This document shows positions 1 to 10,882 of a stretch of DNA of 64,000 nt, in pieces. Made by a program: the position numbers and the translations under genes. The notes under the pieces are model-generated. The model saw only the letters and a program-made list of their open reading frames with translations. It was not told the origin of the DNA and made no database searches. Numbering within the stretch: the stretch's first letter is position 1; every line of letters begins with the position of its first letter. This DNA is from Microcystaceae cyanobacterium. GTDB taxonomy: Bacteria > Cyanobacteriota > Cyanobacteriia > Cyanobacteriales > Microcystaceae. Location: assembly GCA_041746575.1 (NCBI GenBank), contig JBGTGT010000133.1:1-64000 (forward strand), read 5' to 3'.

Positions 1-187
1 CTAAGCCGTGGGTGTACCATGAACTGACGAAGGTGGTTCCGGTTAACCATCCCCCCAACGCTAAGTAGGCACAGGGGAATAATAATAAACCTGACCAACC
101 AACGAAAACGAAGCGATCGCGCTTTAGCCAGTCGTCGAGGGCATCAAACCACCCTCTTTCTGGGGCGCGTCCCACTGCAATAGTCAT
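1..187 (-). CDS. psbD: Photosystem II D2 protein, N-terminal part (runs off window start)
   Basis: Not in the ORF track. Manual translation from ATG at 187 gives [62 protein letters not shown], the D2 N-terminus. Confidence 0.98.
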   Translation of the reverse strand, partial: MTIAVGRAPERGWFDALDDWLKRDRFVFVGWSGLLLFPCAYLALGGWLTGTTFVSSWYTHGL

Positions 188-469
188 GACGCTATTTCTC
201 CTAATGAACTTAAAATGAGCTATAAGAGCGTTGATTTGGAGATACTCTCACTTTCTTTTTTCTCTACGGTGACTTAGAGTCCGTAAACAAACAAAGAGAA
301 ATGTGAGAAATCTTTACTTTTCTTAACTTAACATTATCTTAAAACAAACCGGAGGGTTTTGTCAGCCCAAATCTAAATAAAATCTAAAGATTATCAGTCA
401 GTGACCCAATAGCCAAAGCATTGCTTTTTATTGGATAATCAAGCATAGACCCTTAATCAAGAACGCTTT

Positions 470-745
470 ATGATTTCAATTGACATAACGCTTAAATACT
501 CTCCTATTCCCATTTCGGTACAACGTAAAGACCAAGAAAGCGCAGATGCTCTTTATAAAACGATTATTCAAGGGATGAAGTCTTCTACCCCCCAATTGAT
601 TGAACTGACCTGTGATAAGCAAACCGAAAAAAAGGTGGCGATTTTAAGCGACCAAATTAGTGCAGTGATTGTTTCTCAGAAAGATGGTGCGACGGCGGCA
701 GGAAAACAAGCCGGATTTTTCACGCTTGTTGAAGCCAATTCTTAA
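470..745 (+). CDS. Conserved cyanobacterial protein, UPF0367-like
   Basis: 91 aa with the [17 protein letters not shown]...[12 protein letters not shown] pattern; family recognised from memory. Confidence 0.7.
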   Translation: MISIDITLKYSPIPISVQRKDQESADALYKTIIQGMKSSTPQLIELTCDKQTEKKVAILSDQISAVIVSQKDGATAAGKQAGFFTLVEANS

Positions 746-758
746 ATGTTGGAACGTG

Positions 759-784
759 AGTGGGCGTTTTTGCCCACTTTTTTT
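759..784 (+). terminator. Intrinsic terminator
   Basis: AGTGGGC-gttttt-GCCCACT followed by a T-run, just after the 470-745 stop. Confidence 0.6.
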
Positions 785-816
785 ATCCGGCGAGATGCCA
801 AAATCCTACAACTCCC

Positions 817-2430
817 TTATTTCCTAACGAATTTACCGAAGAGTTTTCCCGTTAACATCTCAAATTCTGGCAGTTTAAGCAACAGGGCTAATCCGCCAAA
901 CACGACAAAGGCAATGATTGTCCCTATTCCTAACTGTAATATTTGCCAAATTAAAAGATCTTCTGTGACCCATTGCTCCCAAAGCTCACTGAATCCCCAA
1001 CTCGCTAAACCGGCCACCACGCTACATGCCACTAACGCGATTAGGTAACGTCCCCATTGTTTGAGGGGTAGCCCCCCTAAGCGACGATTTAAAAGGCTTA
1101 GAAAAATTCCCATTGAAATAATATTAACCCCCACCGTTGCCAAAACCAGTCCGGGAGTTTGAAAAGATTTTACCAACAAAAAATCCAGTAAACCATTAAG
1201 AAAAATGTTTAAAATACTAACTTTAAAAGGCGTTTCCCCATCCCCCAACCCATAAAAGACCCGTACTAAGACGTCTCTTCCTAAATAAAAAAACATCCCA
1301 ATCCCATAGGCCATCAAAACGGGAACGACAATTTCAGAATCTTCGGTGGTAAAGGCACCCCTTTGATAAATTAAACGAATGATTAGCTTACCCAAAGCCA
1401 TAAAAATCGCCGTTAAAGGTAACATCGTTAACGCTGTTAACATCATCCCTTGACGAATTCTAATTTTTAATTCTGGCCAATTCTCCGGAGAAGCTAAACG
1501 GGAAAAGACCGGCAAAAATGGCACTAGAATCATATTAGAAAGAATGCCAACGGGGGTTAACACAATAAAATTGGCATATCGCATGGCCGCCGCCGCATTT
1601 TCAATCGAAGACGCGAAGAACAAATCGGTTGAAACATTAATATAAAGCATCCCCGAAGAAAGGGTGGCTGGTGCCATCACTTTAATCACATCTATTACTC
1701 CCGGAAGTCGCCAATTAAAGCGCAATTTTAACGTTCCCATTCCTGACTTCCACTGAGCAAATAACTGCACTATCCACTGCAATAATGCACCGATTAAGGT
1801 GCCTCCTGCTAAAACGAATCCTCCTAATTGGATATATTGGGGTGTGCTAATTTGATCCCCTAACTGCCATGCGAGAATTCCAACTCCCAATACGACTGCT
1901 ACACTAGAAAATAAGGGACTAATACTCGGTAACCAGTATTGATCGGCGGCGTTTAAGGTACCAAAGCCAATGCCAATTAACCCTGCTAGTAGGGCTAAAG
2001 GTGCCATAATTCTTAGTTGTTGAATGGCTAAATTTCGAGTGGTTTCTGCTAAGTCTGGACCGACAATACGAATTAATAAAGGGGCGAAAATTATTAACAA
2101 AATTGTTAGTAATAATAAAACCACGCTCACTAAGGTGGTAACTGTTTCCACTAAAGGGGCTGCTTCGGATTTATTTCGTTTCTCTAAAACACTGACCAAG
2201 GCACTATGAAATGGACCGTTAATTCCCCCTAATAAGATTAATAAAAATCCCGGAATAACATAGGCATAGGCATAGGCATTAACCACCGAACCTACGCCAA
2301 ACACTGCCGCAATCGCCTGTTCTCGAAAAAGTCCAAAGACTTTACTAATCAGCGTCGCTAGTGCGACAATCTTAGCAATTCCTGCTAGAGAGCGGGAGGG
2401 TTTTGAGGGCTTTGTCACAGAGTCATTCAA
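817..2430 (-). CDS. murJ: Lipid II flippase MurJ (MviN)
   Basis: 537 aa polytopic membrane protein; SKVFGLFRE..IAAVFG, GGINGPFHSALV and LIYQRGAFT motifs. Confidence 0.95.
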   Translation of the reverse strand: MNDSVTKPSKPSRSLAGIAKIVALATLISKVFGLFREQAIAAVFGVGSVVNAYAYAYVIPGFLLILLGGINGPFHSALVSVLEKRNKSEAAPLVETVTTLVSVVLLLLTILLIIFAPLLIRIVGPDLAETTRNLAIQQLRIMAPLALLAGLIGIGFGTLNAADQYWLPSISPLFSSVAVVLGVGILAWQLGDQISTPQYIQLGGFVLAGGTLIGALLQWIVQLFAQWKSGMGTLKLRFNWRLPGVIDVIKVMAPATLSSGMLYINVSTDLFFASSIENAAAAMRYANFIVLTPVGILSNMILVPFLPVFSRLASPENWPELKIRIRQGMMLTALTMLPLTAIFMALGKLIIRLIYQRGAFTTEDSEIVVPVLMAYGIGMFFYLGRDVLVRVFYGLGDGETPFKVSILNIFLNGLLDFLLVKSFQTPGLVLATVGVNIISMGIFLSLLNRRLGGLPLKQWGRYLIALVACSVVAGLASWGFSELWEQWVTEDLLIWQILQLGIGTIIAFVVFGGLALLLKLPEFEMLTGKLFGKFVRK

Positions 2431-2492
2431 CCACTAAAAATCAAGTTGATACTATAACGATTAATTCCTTTTGTATAGTCCCTCTCCGACGC

Positions 2493-2699
2493 TTATTCCC
2501 CGTACTCTTTATCCCGTAAGCGTTTTTGTTGACGAATGGCTTCTTGAAATGAACCGCCTGCAAACCCGAGGGCTGCTGCTGTAACGATAATCGTTTGTCG
2601 TCTCGTTTCTTTTTGCGCAATGTGGGCGATCGCTAAACCAATCATTGCCCCGATTAGGGCAGTTATCAAACCATTAAAAATGACTGTGCGTATATTCAT
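2493..2699 (-). CDS. Small hypothetical membrane protein
   Basis: 68 aa with two hydrophobic Gly/Ala-rich segments and an ATG start. Confidence 0.65.
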   Translation of the reverse strand: MNIRTVIFNGLITALIGAMIGLAIAHIAQKETRRQTIIVTAAALGFAGGSFQEAIRQQKRLRDKEYGE

Positions 2700-3029
2700 A
2701 ATTTTATACCTTGACGAAATAGAACTTTTATTTCTATTTTAACGAAGATTAAAGAGGGAATTTATTACAGTTTATTAAAGTGACGCCGCTTTTTTAAATA
2801 AAGAAAAATGAATAAATTAATAATAAAATCGTCCCAACAAAGAGAAGGTGGTTCATCCAATCGTTAAATGTCCAATTTTTAAACATTATTTTTTCGGTTA
2901 ATACAAACCGGATCTAAATCATTTATTAAAACCCAAGTCTATCCGATTTCTCTGTAAACGTCTAGACAAAAATGTAAAGAAAATGTCACAATTAATCCAA
3001 TAGCTTAATCACAAAAGGGAACGAAAGGC

Positions 3030-4508
3030 ATGAAAGTTGCGATCGCTGGTGCAGGGTTAGCGGGAATGGCTACTGCTATTGATCTCGTGGAGGCGGGATG
3101 GGAAGTTGAAATTTTTGAATCTCGACCGTTTGTGGGGGGAAAAGTAAGCAGTTGGACAGATAACGAGGGAAATCATATTGAAATGGGACTTCATGTCTTC
3201 TTTGGCTGTTATTATAATTTATTTGACTTAATGCGAAAGGTCGGTGCAATTGACAATTTGCGATTGAAAGAACATACTCATACTTTTATTAACGAAAACG
3301 GAAGAATCGGAGAACTAGACTTTCGTTTCATTACGGGTGCGCCGTTTAATGGGTTAAAGGCTTTTTTTACAACGTCTCAACTTTCAACCTTAGATAAAAT
3401 CGCCAATTCCTTAGCATTGGGAACGAGTCCTATTGTACGAGGGTTGGTGGACTTTGAGGGGGCAATGAAAACGATTCGGGATTTGGATAAAGTGAGTTTT
3501 GCAGACTGGTTTCGTCAACATGGGGGCAACAATAGCAGTCTAAAACGAATGTGGAATCCGATTGCTTACGCTTTGGGATTTATTGATACGGAAAATATTT
3601 CAGCCCGTTGTATGTTGACAATTTTTCAGTTTTTTGCTGCAAAAACAGAGGCCTCTATTTTAAGAATGTTGGAAGGTTCACCCGATACTTACCTACATCA
3701 ACCCATTGTTAAATACCTAGAAGAAAGAGGGACGAAAATCTACACCCGTCGTCAAGTCAGAGAGATTAAATACAGCGAAAAGGGAGACAAATGTCATATT
3801 GATTCCTTAATTGTTGCTAGTGGGGATAATTTAGAGACCGTTACAGCAGATGCTTATGTCTGCGCTTTGGATATACCGGGTATTCAGCGATTAATTCCGC
3901 AAGATTGGCGCAAAATGAGTTTTTTTGACAATATTTACCAATTAGAAGCCGTTCCCGTGGCAACCGTACAACTCCGCTTTGATGGCTGGGTAACAGAATT
4001 AAATGACCCAGAACAACGAAAACAATTGGAAAAAGCGGTGGGAATTGATAATTTGCTCTATACGGCTGATGCAGACTTTTCCTGTTTTGCCGATTTAGCC
4101 TTAACCAGTCCTGCCGATTATTATAAAGAAGGACAAGGATCATTGTTACAATTGGTATTAACCCCCGGTGATCCTTTTATTAAGGCGAAAAATGAAGAGA
4201 TTGCGCATCATGTCCTTAAACAAGTGCATCAATTATTTCCTTCTTCACGAGAACTTAAGATGACATGGTATAACGTAGTTAAGCTAGCGCAATCACTGTA
4301 TCGGGAAGCCCCCGGTATGGATGTTTATCGTCCCTCGCAAAAAACCCCTATCGGGAACTTTTTCCTTGCTGGCAGTTATACTCAACAGGATTACATTGAT
4401 AGTATGGAAGGGGCAACTCTTTCGGGAGGACAAGCCGCAAAGGCAATTTTAGAGAAAAGCGAAGAGCTAAAGCAAGGGAATGAGAAAATGATCAATATGG
4501 CAGTTTGA
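3030..4508 (+). CDS. zds: Zeta-carotene desaturase (CrtQ/Zds)
   Basis: GAGLAG FAD motif, [13 protein letters not shown], and [12 protein letters not shown] near the C-terminus. Confidence 0.95.
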   Translation: MKVAIAGAGLAGMATAIDLVEAGWEVEIFESRPFVGGKVSSWTDNEGNHIEMGLHVFFGCYYNLFDLMRKVGAIDNLRLKEHTHTFINENGRIGELDFRFITGAPFNGLKAFFTTSQLSTLDKIANSLALGTSPIVRGLVDFEGAMKTIRDLDKVSFADWFRQHGGNNSSLKRMWNPIAYALGFIDTENISARCMLTIFQFFAAKTEASILRMLEGSPDTYLHQPIVKYLEERGTKIYTRRQVREIKYSEKGDKCHIDSLIVASGDNLETVTADAYVCALDIPGIQRLIPQDWRKMSFFDNIYQLEAVPVATVQLRFDGWVTELNDPEQRKQLEKAVGIDNLLYTADADFSCFADLALTSPADYYKEGQGSLLQLVLTPGDPFIKAKNEEIAHHVLKQVHQLFPSSRELKMTWYNVVKLAQSLYREAPGMDVYRPSQKTPIGNFFLAGSYTQQDYIDSMEGATLSGGQAAKAILEKSEELKQGNEKMINMAV

Positions 4509-4943
4509 GATTTCAGGGTGAGCAAATCAGTCAAAGCGTTTATTTTTAGATGAATTCGTTCACTAATTATCTGAGAGACTGGTTTTTGGAGATGTCCAAT
4601 CATGACAACCGAGTGATGGTATTGTTTTCTCTCTAAGTTAAAAACGCTGAATCTGTCCTGCTGTTTAATGTTAGAGATTAATAACAAAAAGACGAGTTAA
4701 ACCCTAATTTCCTGCCCAATAATGTTTAAATTCACTTGACGAAGACCGAAAGGGTGACCCTCGATTGGGTTAAGACTGATACAATTTATCCAGTCCACTA
4801 TAGCCTAGGCCTTAAAGTGAGGACAGTCTCCAAGGCTGAAACCCTGATTTGTGCCTTTAGCGGGTGCGTCGCTCTATAGATGATGTTCTCGTTTGTCGTA
4901 ATTGTTGTCAAAATTTACAAAAATTTCCAATTTAACATGATAA

Positions 4944-5345
<402 letters not shown>

Positions 5346-5352
5346 CGATGAT

Positions 5353-5403
5353 AGGGAGACTAGGCTATTTGAGTTAGATTGGTAGCCAGTTTCCCTTTTT
5401 TTT
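5353..5403 (+). terminator. Intrinsic terminator after glnB
   Basis: GGGAGACTAGGCTA...TAGCCAGTTTCCC hairpin followed by a long T-run. Confidence 0.65.
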
Positions 5404-5664
5404 GCTCATTCAATTTTAGCGAATTGTTTCAAAAAAGCGATCGCTCCCCCGTTAACAAATGTCCCTCAAAAAAGACGGGTGACTTCCCTTTCATCTACGT
5501 TCTCAGCAAAAAACGTAATGCGAGATGACACTTAAAGTTAGGGGATTAAGATAAAATGTCAAACGAGAGGATAAATTAATAACCATTGACCCCGTAAGGT
5601 CAAGAGCCTATCCCCTGCGTCCTCCTTTAACTTTTTTATTCATTCATTTTGAGAGAACAGCGTT

Positions 5665-6426
5665 ATGGGATTATTTGATCGCCTAAGTCGAGTTGTCCGA
5701 GCTAACCTGAATGATATGGTCAGCAAGGCTGAAGATCCAGAGAAAGTGCTAGAACAAGCGGTCGTTGATATGCAGGAAGATTTACTGCAACTACGCCAAG
5801 CCGTCGCCAGAGCCATTGCCGAACAAAAACGCACTGAGCAACGCTACAATCAGGATCTCGCTGAAGCCAATAAATGGGAACAACGTGCCAAACTTGCCCT
5901 AGCTAAAGGCGATGAAAATTTAGCCCGTGAAGCCCTTACCCGCAAAAAAACCTTTACAGATACGGCCACAACCTATAAAAATCAATTAGAATCCCAAAGT
6001 GGTCAAGTTAAAAACCTGCGAGATAATCTAGTCGCCTTAGAAAGTAAAATTTCTGAAGCCAAAACCAAGAAAAATATGCTCACCGCACGCGCCAGAGCGG
6101 CAAAAGCCAATGAAGAGTTACAAAAAACCATTGGCGGCATCGATCCTAGCAGTTCTACCTCTGCTTTTGAACGGATGGAAAACAAGGTATTAGAGATGGA
6201 AGCTCGTTCTCAGGCAGTGGGAGAATTAGCCGGTTCGGGCATTGAACAACAATTTGCTCAATTGGAGTCGGGAAGTGATGTAGAAGACGAATTAGCGATG
6301 ATGAAAGCTCAACTGAGTGGGAATAGTCCTAATACACCCATTTTAGAGGGAACAACCGATACGACTTCCGCCAGTGCCACCGATCAAGAACTTGAAGACT
6401 TACGCCGACAATTGGATAATTTATAA
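5665..6426 (+). CDS. vipp1: PspA/IM30 family protein (Vipp1)
   Basis: MGLFDRLSRVVRANLN...AEDPEKVLEQ coiled coil with a C-terminal extension (DQELEDLRRQLDNL) typical of Vipp1. Confidence 0.88.
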   Translation: MGLFDRLSRVVRANLNDMVSKAEDPEKVLEQAVVDMQEDLLQLRQAVARAIAEQKRTEQRYNQDLAEANKWEQRAKLALAKGDENLAREALTRKKTFTDTATTYKNQLESQSGQVKNLRDNLVALESKISEAKTKKNMLTARARAAKANEELQKTIGGIDPSSSTSAFERMENKVLEMEARSQAVGELAGSGIEQQFAQLESGSDVEDELAMMKAQLSGNSPNTPILEGTTDTTSASATDQELEDLRRQLDNL

Positions 6427-6501
6427 GAACCGGAGGGACAGGGGATTTAAGTCGTTCCCCTGCATACCTCCTCTTAATCATCAATTGGAGGAACAGCAAT
6501 T

Positions 6502-6828
6502 GTGAGCAATGTCATCGAAATTACGGATTCTCAAGTTACACCTGCCGTTTTTGCAGGAGAAAAAGCTGTTTTGCTCTATTTTTGGGCATCTTGGTGTGGA
6601 CCTTGCCGTTTAGTGTCTCCGTCTGTGAGCTGGGCGGCACAGGAATATGGCGATCGCCTCAAGGTCTTAAAAATGGAAATCGACCCCAATCCTGAAACGG
6701 TGAAAATCTACAAGGTCGAAGGGGTTCCGGCTTTAAGGCTCTTGAAAAACCAAGAAGTTATTGCTTCCCATGAAGGCGCAATCACTAAAGACAAGCTAAA
6801 GGAATTTATTGAGGCTAATTTAGGTTAA
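6502..6828 (+). CDS. Thioredoxin family protein
   Basis: 108 aa with a WCGPC active site; GTG start after GGAGG. Confidence 0.9.
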   Translation: MSNVIEITDSQVTPAVFAGEKAVLLYFWASWCGPCRLVSPSVSWAAQEYGDRLKVLKMEIDPNPETVKIYKVEGVPALRLLKNQEVIASHEGAITKDKLKEFIEANLG

Positions 6829-6829
6829 A

Positions 6830-7999
6830 ATGCAATTTGCCCAACGATTACAGGCATTTCAGCACAATGTATTTGCTGATATGGATCATGCCAAAGCACA
6901 GGCGAAAGCAACGGGAAAAGCGATTATCGATTTATCGTTAGGATCGTCCGATTTAGGGGCAAGTCCGACGGTTATTGCTACCATTGAACAATCGTTACGT
7001 AATCCTCACACCCATCAGTATTTACTCTTTCAGGGGACACAGGACTTTCGGACGGCAGTCGCTCAATGGTATAGTAACCGCTTTGGGATTGTCGTAGATC
7101 CGGAAACAGAAGTGTTACCTCTGATTGGGTCTCAAGAGGGAACGGCGCATTTACCCTTAGCGATTCTTAATCCGGGAGATTTTGCTCTATTACTCGATCC
7201 GGGTTACCCTTCTCATGCGGGAGGGGTCTATTTAGCGGGTGGACAAATATATGGCATGCCTCTTAAAGAAAGTAATCAGTTTTTACCCGTTTTTGAGGAT
7301 ATCCCCCAAGATGTGCTTCAACAGTCCAAAATGATGGTATTGAGTTATCCCCATAATCCCACCACCGCGATCGCATCCCTCGCCTTTTTTGAAAAAGCAG
7401 TGATCTTTTGTCAGGAGCAAGATTTGGTGCTAGTTCACGATTTTCCTTATTTTGATATCTATTTTGAGGGCACGCCCATTCCTCCTTCTATTTTCCAAGC
7501 AGATCGGCAGAAAACGTGTTCAATTGAGTTTTTTACCTTCTCGAAATCTTATAATATGGGGGGCTTTCGCATTGGCTTTGCGATCGGTCATGCTCAACTG
7601 ATTCAATCGCTACGACAAATCAAGGCTAGTGTGGATTTTAATCAATATTTGGGCATTTTAAAGGGTGCAGTAACGGCATTAACAGGAGATCAATCCTCCG
7701 TTGCTACGACGGTGAGCATCTATCAAAAGCGTCGAGATGTTTTTGTCAAAGCCTTACAAAAAATAGGATGGTCTGTTCCGCTTCCAGCAGCCACTCTTTA
7801 TGTTTGGGCAAAATTACCAGAATTATGGCAAAATGACTCGATTGGATTCTGCCATCAGTTATTAGCACAGACAGGTGTCGCCGTTTCGCCGGGGATTGGT
7901 TTTGGTGAGGCAGGAGAAGGGTATGTTCGTTTTGCCCTAGTACATGATATCGCTATTTTAAAAGAGGCAGTGGCACGAATGACGACCTTTTTAGGATAA
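6830..7999 (+). CDS. PLP-dependent class I/II aminotransferase (LL-DAP aminotransferase-like)
   Basis: YPHNPT, HDFPY and TFSKSYNMGGFRIG (PLP lysine) motifs; substrate uncertain. Confidence 0.85.
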   Translation: MQFAQRLQAFQHNVFADMDHAKAQAKATGKAIIDLSLGSSDLGASPTVIATIEQSLRNPHTHQYLLFQGTQDFRTAVAQWYSNRFGIVVDPETEVLPLIGSQEGTAHLPLAILNPGDFALLLDPGYPSHAGGVYLAGGQIYGMPLKESNQFLPVFEDIPQDVLQQSKMMVLSYPHNPTTAIASLAFFEKAVIFCQEQDLVLVHDFPYFDIYFEGTPIPPSIFQADRQKTCSIEFFTFSKSYNMGGFRIGFAIGHAQLIQSLRQIKASVDFNQYLGILKGAVTALTGDQSSVATTVSIYQKRRDVFVKALQKIGWSVPLPAATLYVWAKLPELWQNDSIGFCHQLLAQTGVAVSPGIGFGEAGEGYVRFALVHDIAILKEAVARMTTFLG

Positions 8000-8018
8000 A
8001 GAGAAACATTGTTATAAA

Positions 8019-9989
8019 ATGAAACTTCCTCAACAAAGATGGTCTATTTTTCCCGAAAATCCGCAAGCCGTGCAAACGTGGGTAAAGTTAACAGGGTTAT
8101 CGCCCCTGATGGCGCAAGTTTTATTAAATCGCGGCTTAATTACGCCGGAATCGGCTCAAGTTTTTATTAATCCTGAAATTCAACGCTTATCTTCTCCTTT
8201 GAGCGAATTTCCTGATTTAGAGAAAAGCGTCACTTTATTGACTGAAGCGATCGCCCGTCAAGCTAAAATTGCCATCTGCGGGGATTACGATGCAGATGGT
8301 ATGACCAGTACGGCTTTATTATGGCGTGCCTTGAAGCATTTAGGGGCAAAAATTGATTACGCAATTCCCAGTCGCATGAAAGACGGTTACGGTATCAATC
8401 AGCGTATTGTGGAGGAATTTGCGGCGTCTCAGGTGCAATTAATTTTGACGGTTGATAATGGTATTTCTGCCTATGAACCGATTAAATTAGCCAAAGAATT
8501 CGGCTTAAATGTGATTATTACTGATCATCATGATTTACCTGAAAGATTACCCCCTGCTGATGCTATTTTAAATCCTAAATTACTGTCTGAAAATTCAATT
8601 TATTATGGATTAGCAGGAGTAGGCGTCGCCTATATTTTAGCCGTTACGACAGCCCAAAAATTAGGTTTATTGGCGGGTTTAACGAATCAATTACTTGAAC
8701 TTTTCACCTTAGGAACTATTGCCGACTTAGCTCCCTTGACTGGGGTAAATCGTCGTTGGCTCAAACGGGGGTTAAAACGCCTACCAAATTCTCAATTAGC
8801 TGGCGTTCAAGCTTTGATGCAAATGGCAGGAATCAGTGAAGAACAAAAACAATTAAAACCTGATGATATTGGCTTTCGTTTAGGGCCAAGAATTAATGCA
8901 GTAGGACGAATTGGCGATCCCCAACTAGTGATTGAGTTATTAACAACAGATGACCTTGGAGTTGCTTTAGAACGAGCAATGCAATGTGAACAAATTAATC
9001 GAACAAGACAGGAACTCTGTGAACAAATTGAATTTGAAGCTGTTCATTTAATTCAAAATACACCGATTTTATGGCAAAAAGATCGTGTCTTGGTTATTGT
9101 GCATGAAGGATGGCATCATGGGGTTATTGGTATTGTGGCTTCTCGTTTAGTGGAGCGGTATGGCGTGCCGGTTTTTATAGGAACGTATGAAGAAAACGGA
9201 TGCGTTAGAGGTTCAGCACGAGGAATTGAAGAATTTCATGTTTTTGAAGCGTTAGAATTTTGTAATCATTTATTAGGGAAATATGGTGGACATAAAGCGG
9301 CCGGAGGATTTAGTTTATTGACGGAAAATTTGGTGCAATTTAAGCAGCGTTTAAGTGTCTTTGCTCATCAATGCTTAAAACCTGAATATCTCAAACCTTT
9401 AATTAAAATTGATGGGGCTGCAAAATTCCAACAATTAACCGCTCAATTGTATCAACAAATTGATCAACTTCAACCGTGGGGAATTGGCAATAATTTTCCT
9501 ATATTTTATACACAAAATGTTAGATTACTTGAGCAAAGATTATTGAAAAATAAGCACATTAAGGTTGTTTTTGCGCAAGATGATTTAGAAAATAAAATAT
9601 CAGGAATTGCTTGGCGTTGGGCAGAACATTTTCCGTTACCAAATTGTTTAGATATTGCTTATAAATTAATGGAAAATCACTGGCATGGCAAGGTTAGTAT
9701 TGAATTAGAATTGGTTGGGATTAGACTCCCTCAAGAGATAGCAACAAATTCCAGCAAACCTAAAGCGATCTTTAATTATCAAGGGAGAATTTATCATTGT
9801 AGTTTTTGGCAAACGTTACGAGAATTAAGGATTAGAAATGATCAAGGCAAAGTGTTAGTCGTTCGCCAAGGTAGTCGGACAGGTTTACTGGGTATGAGTC
9901 GGCAAACGGCCGAAGAAGTTGATATCACTCAACCACCTTATTATTCTTTAATTAAAACCGCATTGACTGCTTTAAATCTGAAGTTGTAA
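8019..9989 (+). CDS. recJ: ssDNA-specific exonuclease RecJ
   Basis: GDYDADG, TVDNG, TDHH, GTIAD and GGHKAAGG DHH/DHHA1 motifs. Confidence 0.95.
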   Translation: MKLPQQRWSIFPENPQAVQTWVKLTGLSPLMAQVLLNRGLITPESAQVFINPEIQRLSSPLSEFPDLEKSVTLLTEAIARQAKIAICGDYDADGMTSTALLWRALKHLGAKIDYAIPSRMKDGYGINQRIVEEFAASQVQLILTVDNGISAYEPIKLAKEFGLNVIITDHHDLPERLPPADAILNPKLLSENSIYYGLAGVGVAYILAVTTAQKLGLLAGLTNQLLELFTLGTIADLAPLTGVNRRWLKRGLKRLPNSQLAGVQALMQMAGISEEQKQLKPDDIGFRLGPRINAVGRIGDPQLVIELLTTDDLGVALERAMQCEQINRTRQELCEQIEFEAVHLIQNTPILWQKDRVLVIVHEGWHHGVIGIVASRLVERYGVPVFIGTYEENGCVRGSARGIEEFHVFEALEFCNHLLGKYGGHKAAGGFSLLTENLVQFKQRLSVFAHQCLKPEYLKPLIKIDGAAKFQQLTAQLYQQIDQLQPWGIGNNFPIFYTQNVRLLEQRLLKNKHIKVVFAQDDLENKISGIAWRWAEHFPLPNCLDIAYKLMENHWHGKVSIELELVGIRLPQEIATNSSKPKAIFNYQGRIYHCSFWQTLRELRIRNDQGKVLVVRQGSRTGLLGMSRQTAEEVDITQPPYYSLIKTALTALNLKL

Positions 9990-10020
9990 TTTTGTTGAAA
10001 GTTTAAAGAAAAAGTTTATG

Positions 10021-10430
10021 AAATGTGCTTGACTTCTTTGACTTTACATGATACTATCTAGATAATAGGAAAAGAGTGCGTCCGATTATCTCTTTTTTAA
10101 CCTTACTAAACCTTGAAAGACGTTCATTAAGAGATGGCATAAAATTTGAAAAGAAATAAAATAAACAGTGATAGGCATCAAAAGCAGATAGGACTTCATC
10201 CTCATATCGTCAAGATTATTATCTTGGGCGGCAGGTCATAATAAAATAGTTAAGCACTGGTCAATTTTCTGCCCTCGACATTGAGAATTTAATTAAAGAA
10301 TAGGGAAATGATCATAGAAAGCTAAAAAGAAGGAAAAAATTTCATAAAATTCCTGTAAAATGTGCTTGAGTTATTTGACTTGACATGATACTATCTAGAT
10401 AATGAGAAAAGAGTGCGTCCGATTACCTCT
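10021..10430 (+). repeat. Two 73-bp direct repeats (10021-10093, 10358-10430), each with sigma70-like promoter elements
   Basis: 67/73 identical by manual alignment. Each has TTGA(C/G)T-17-TACTAT overlapped by TTGACT-17-GATAAT, then GAAAAGAGTGCGTCCGATTA(T/C)CTCT. Confidence 0.9.
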
Positions 10431-10584
10431 GTCCTCAAAAAATTTTAACCCTCAAAGAGTCTAAGACCTCTTGAAAAATAAAAGCAGGTAGGTAGGTTAA
10501 AACAAGCATCAATCACAATGCCCCTTCCTTCATCCGTCAAAAATTAACTTGGGTTAAGTTCAGTCAATACGGGTAACCCTTACA

Positions 10585-10834
10585 ACGTAAGTTCGACGGA
10601 ACTTGAATGCCTAAACTTCACACTCAGTATGCTTTACAGGCGATATAAGTTGAATTCTCATTGTCAACTAGCAGAACTTAATGGCAATGAGTGAGAGATT
10701 AGTCAGCAAACCCTAAATAAAAGGCGATTATTATTAATAGACTTAACTTATTGACATCTCCTTTGCTTTGGACAAAACCCCAAAAGAAATACTGCATAAA
10801 GGCTTAGAGATTTGTATTTGTGTCGAACTCACGT
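10585..10834. mobile_element. 250-bp non-autonomous MITE-like element
   Basis: TIRs ACGTAAGTTCGAC (10585-10597) and GTCGAACTCACGT (10822-10834), 12/13 complementary. Flanking direct repeat CTTACA at 10579-10584 and 10835-10840. No internal ORF. Confidence 0.85.
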
Positions 10835-10882
10835 CTTACAACAAGATGAAAAAGCATTATTCTAAAGAGAAAATCGAAGATT

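Noticed and set aside
10021..10430. CRISPR array or attL/attR pair
   Set aside because: Only two 73-bp copies 337 bp apart, with no spacer periodicity and no cas or integrase gene.
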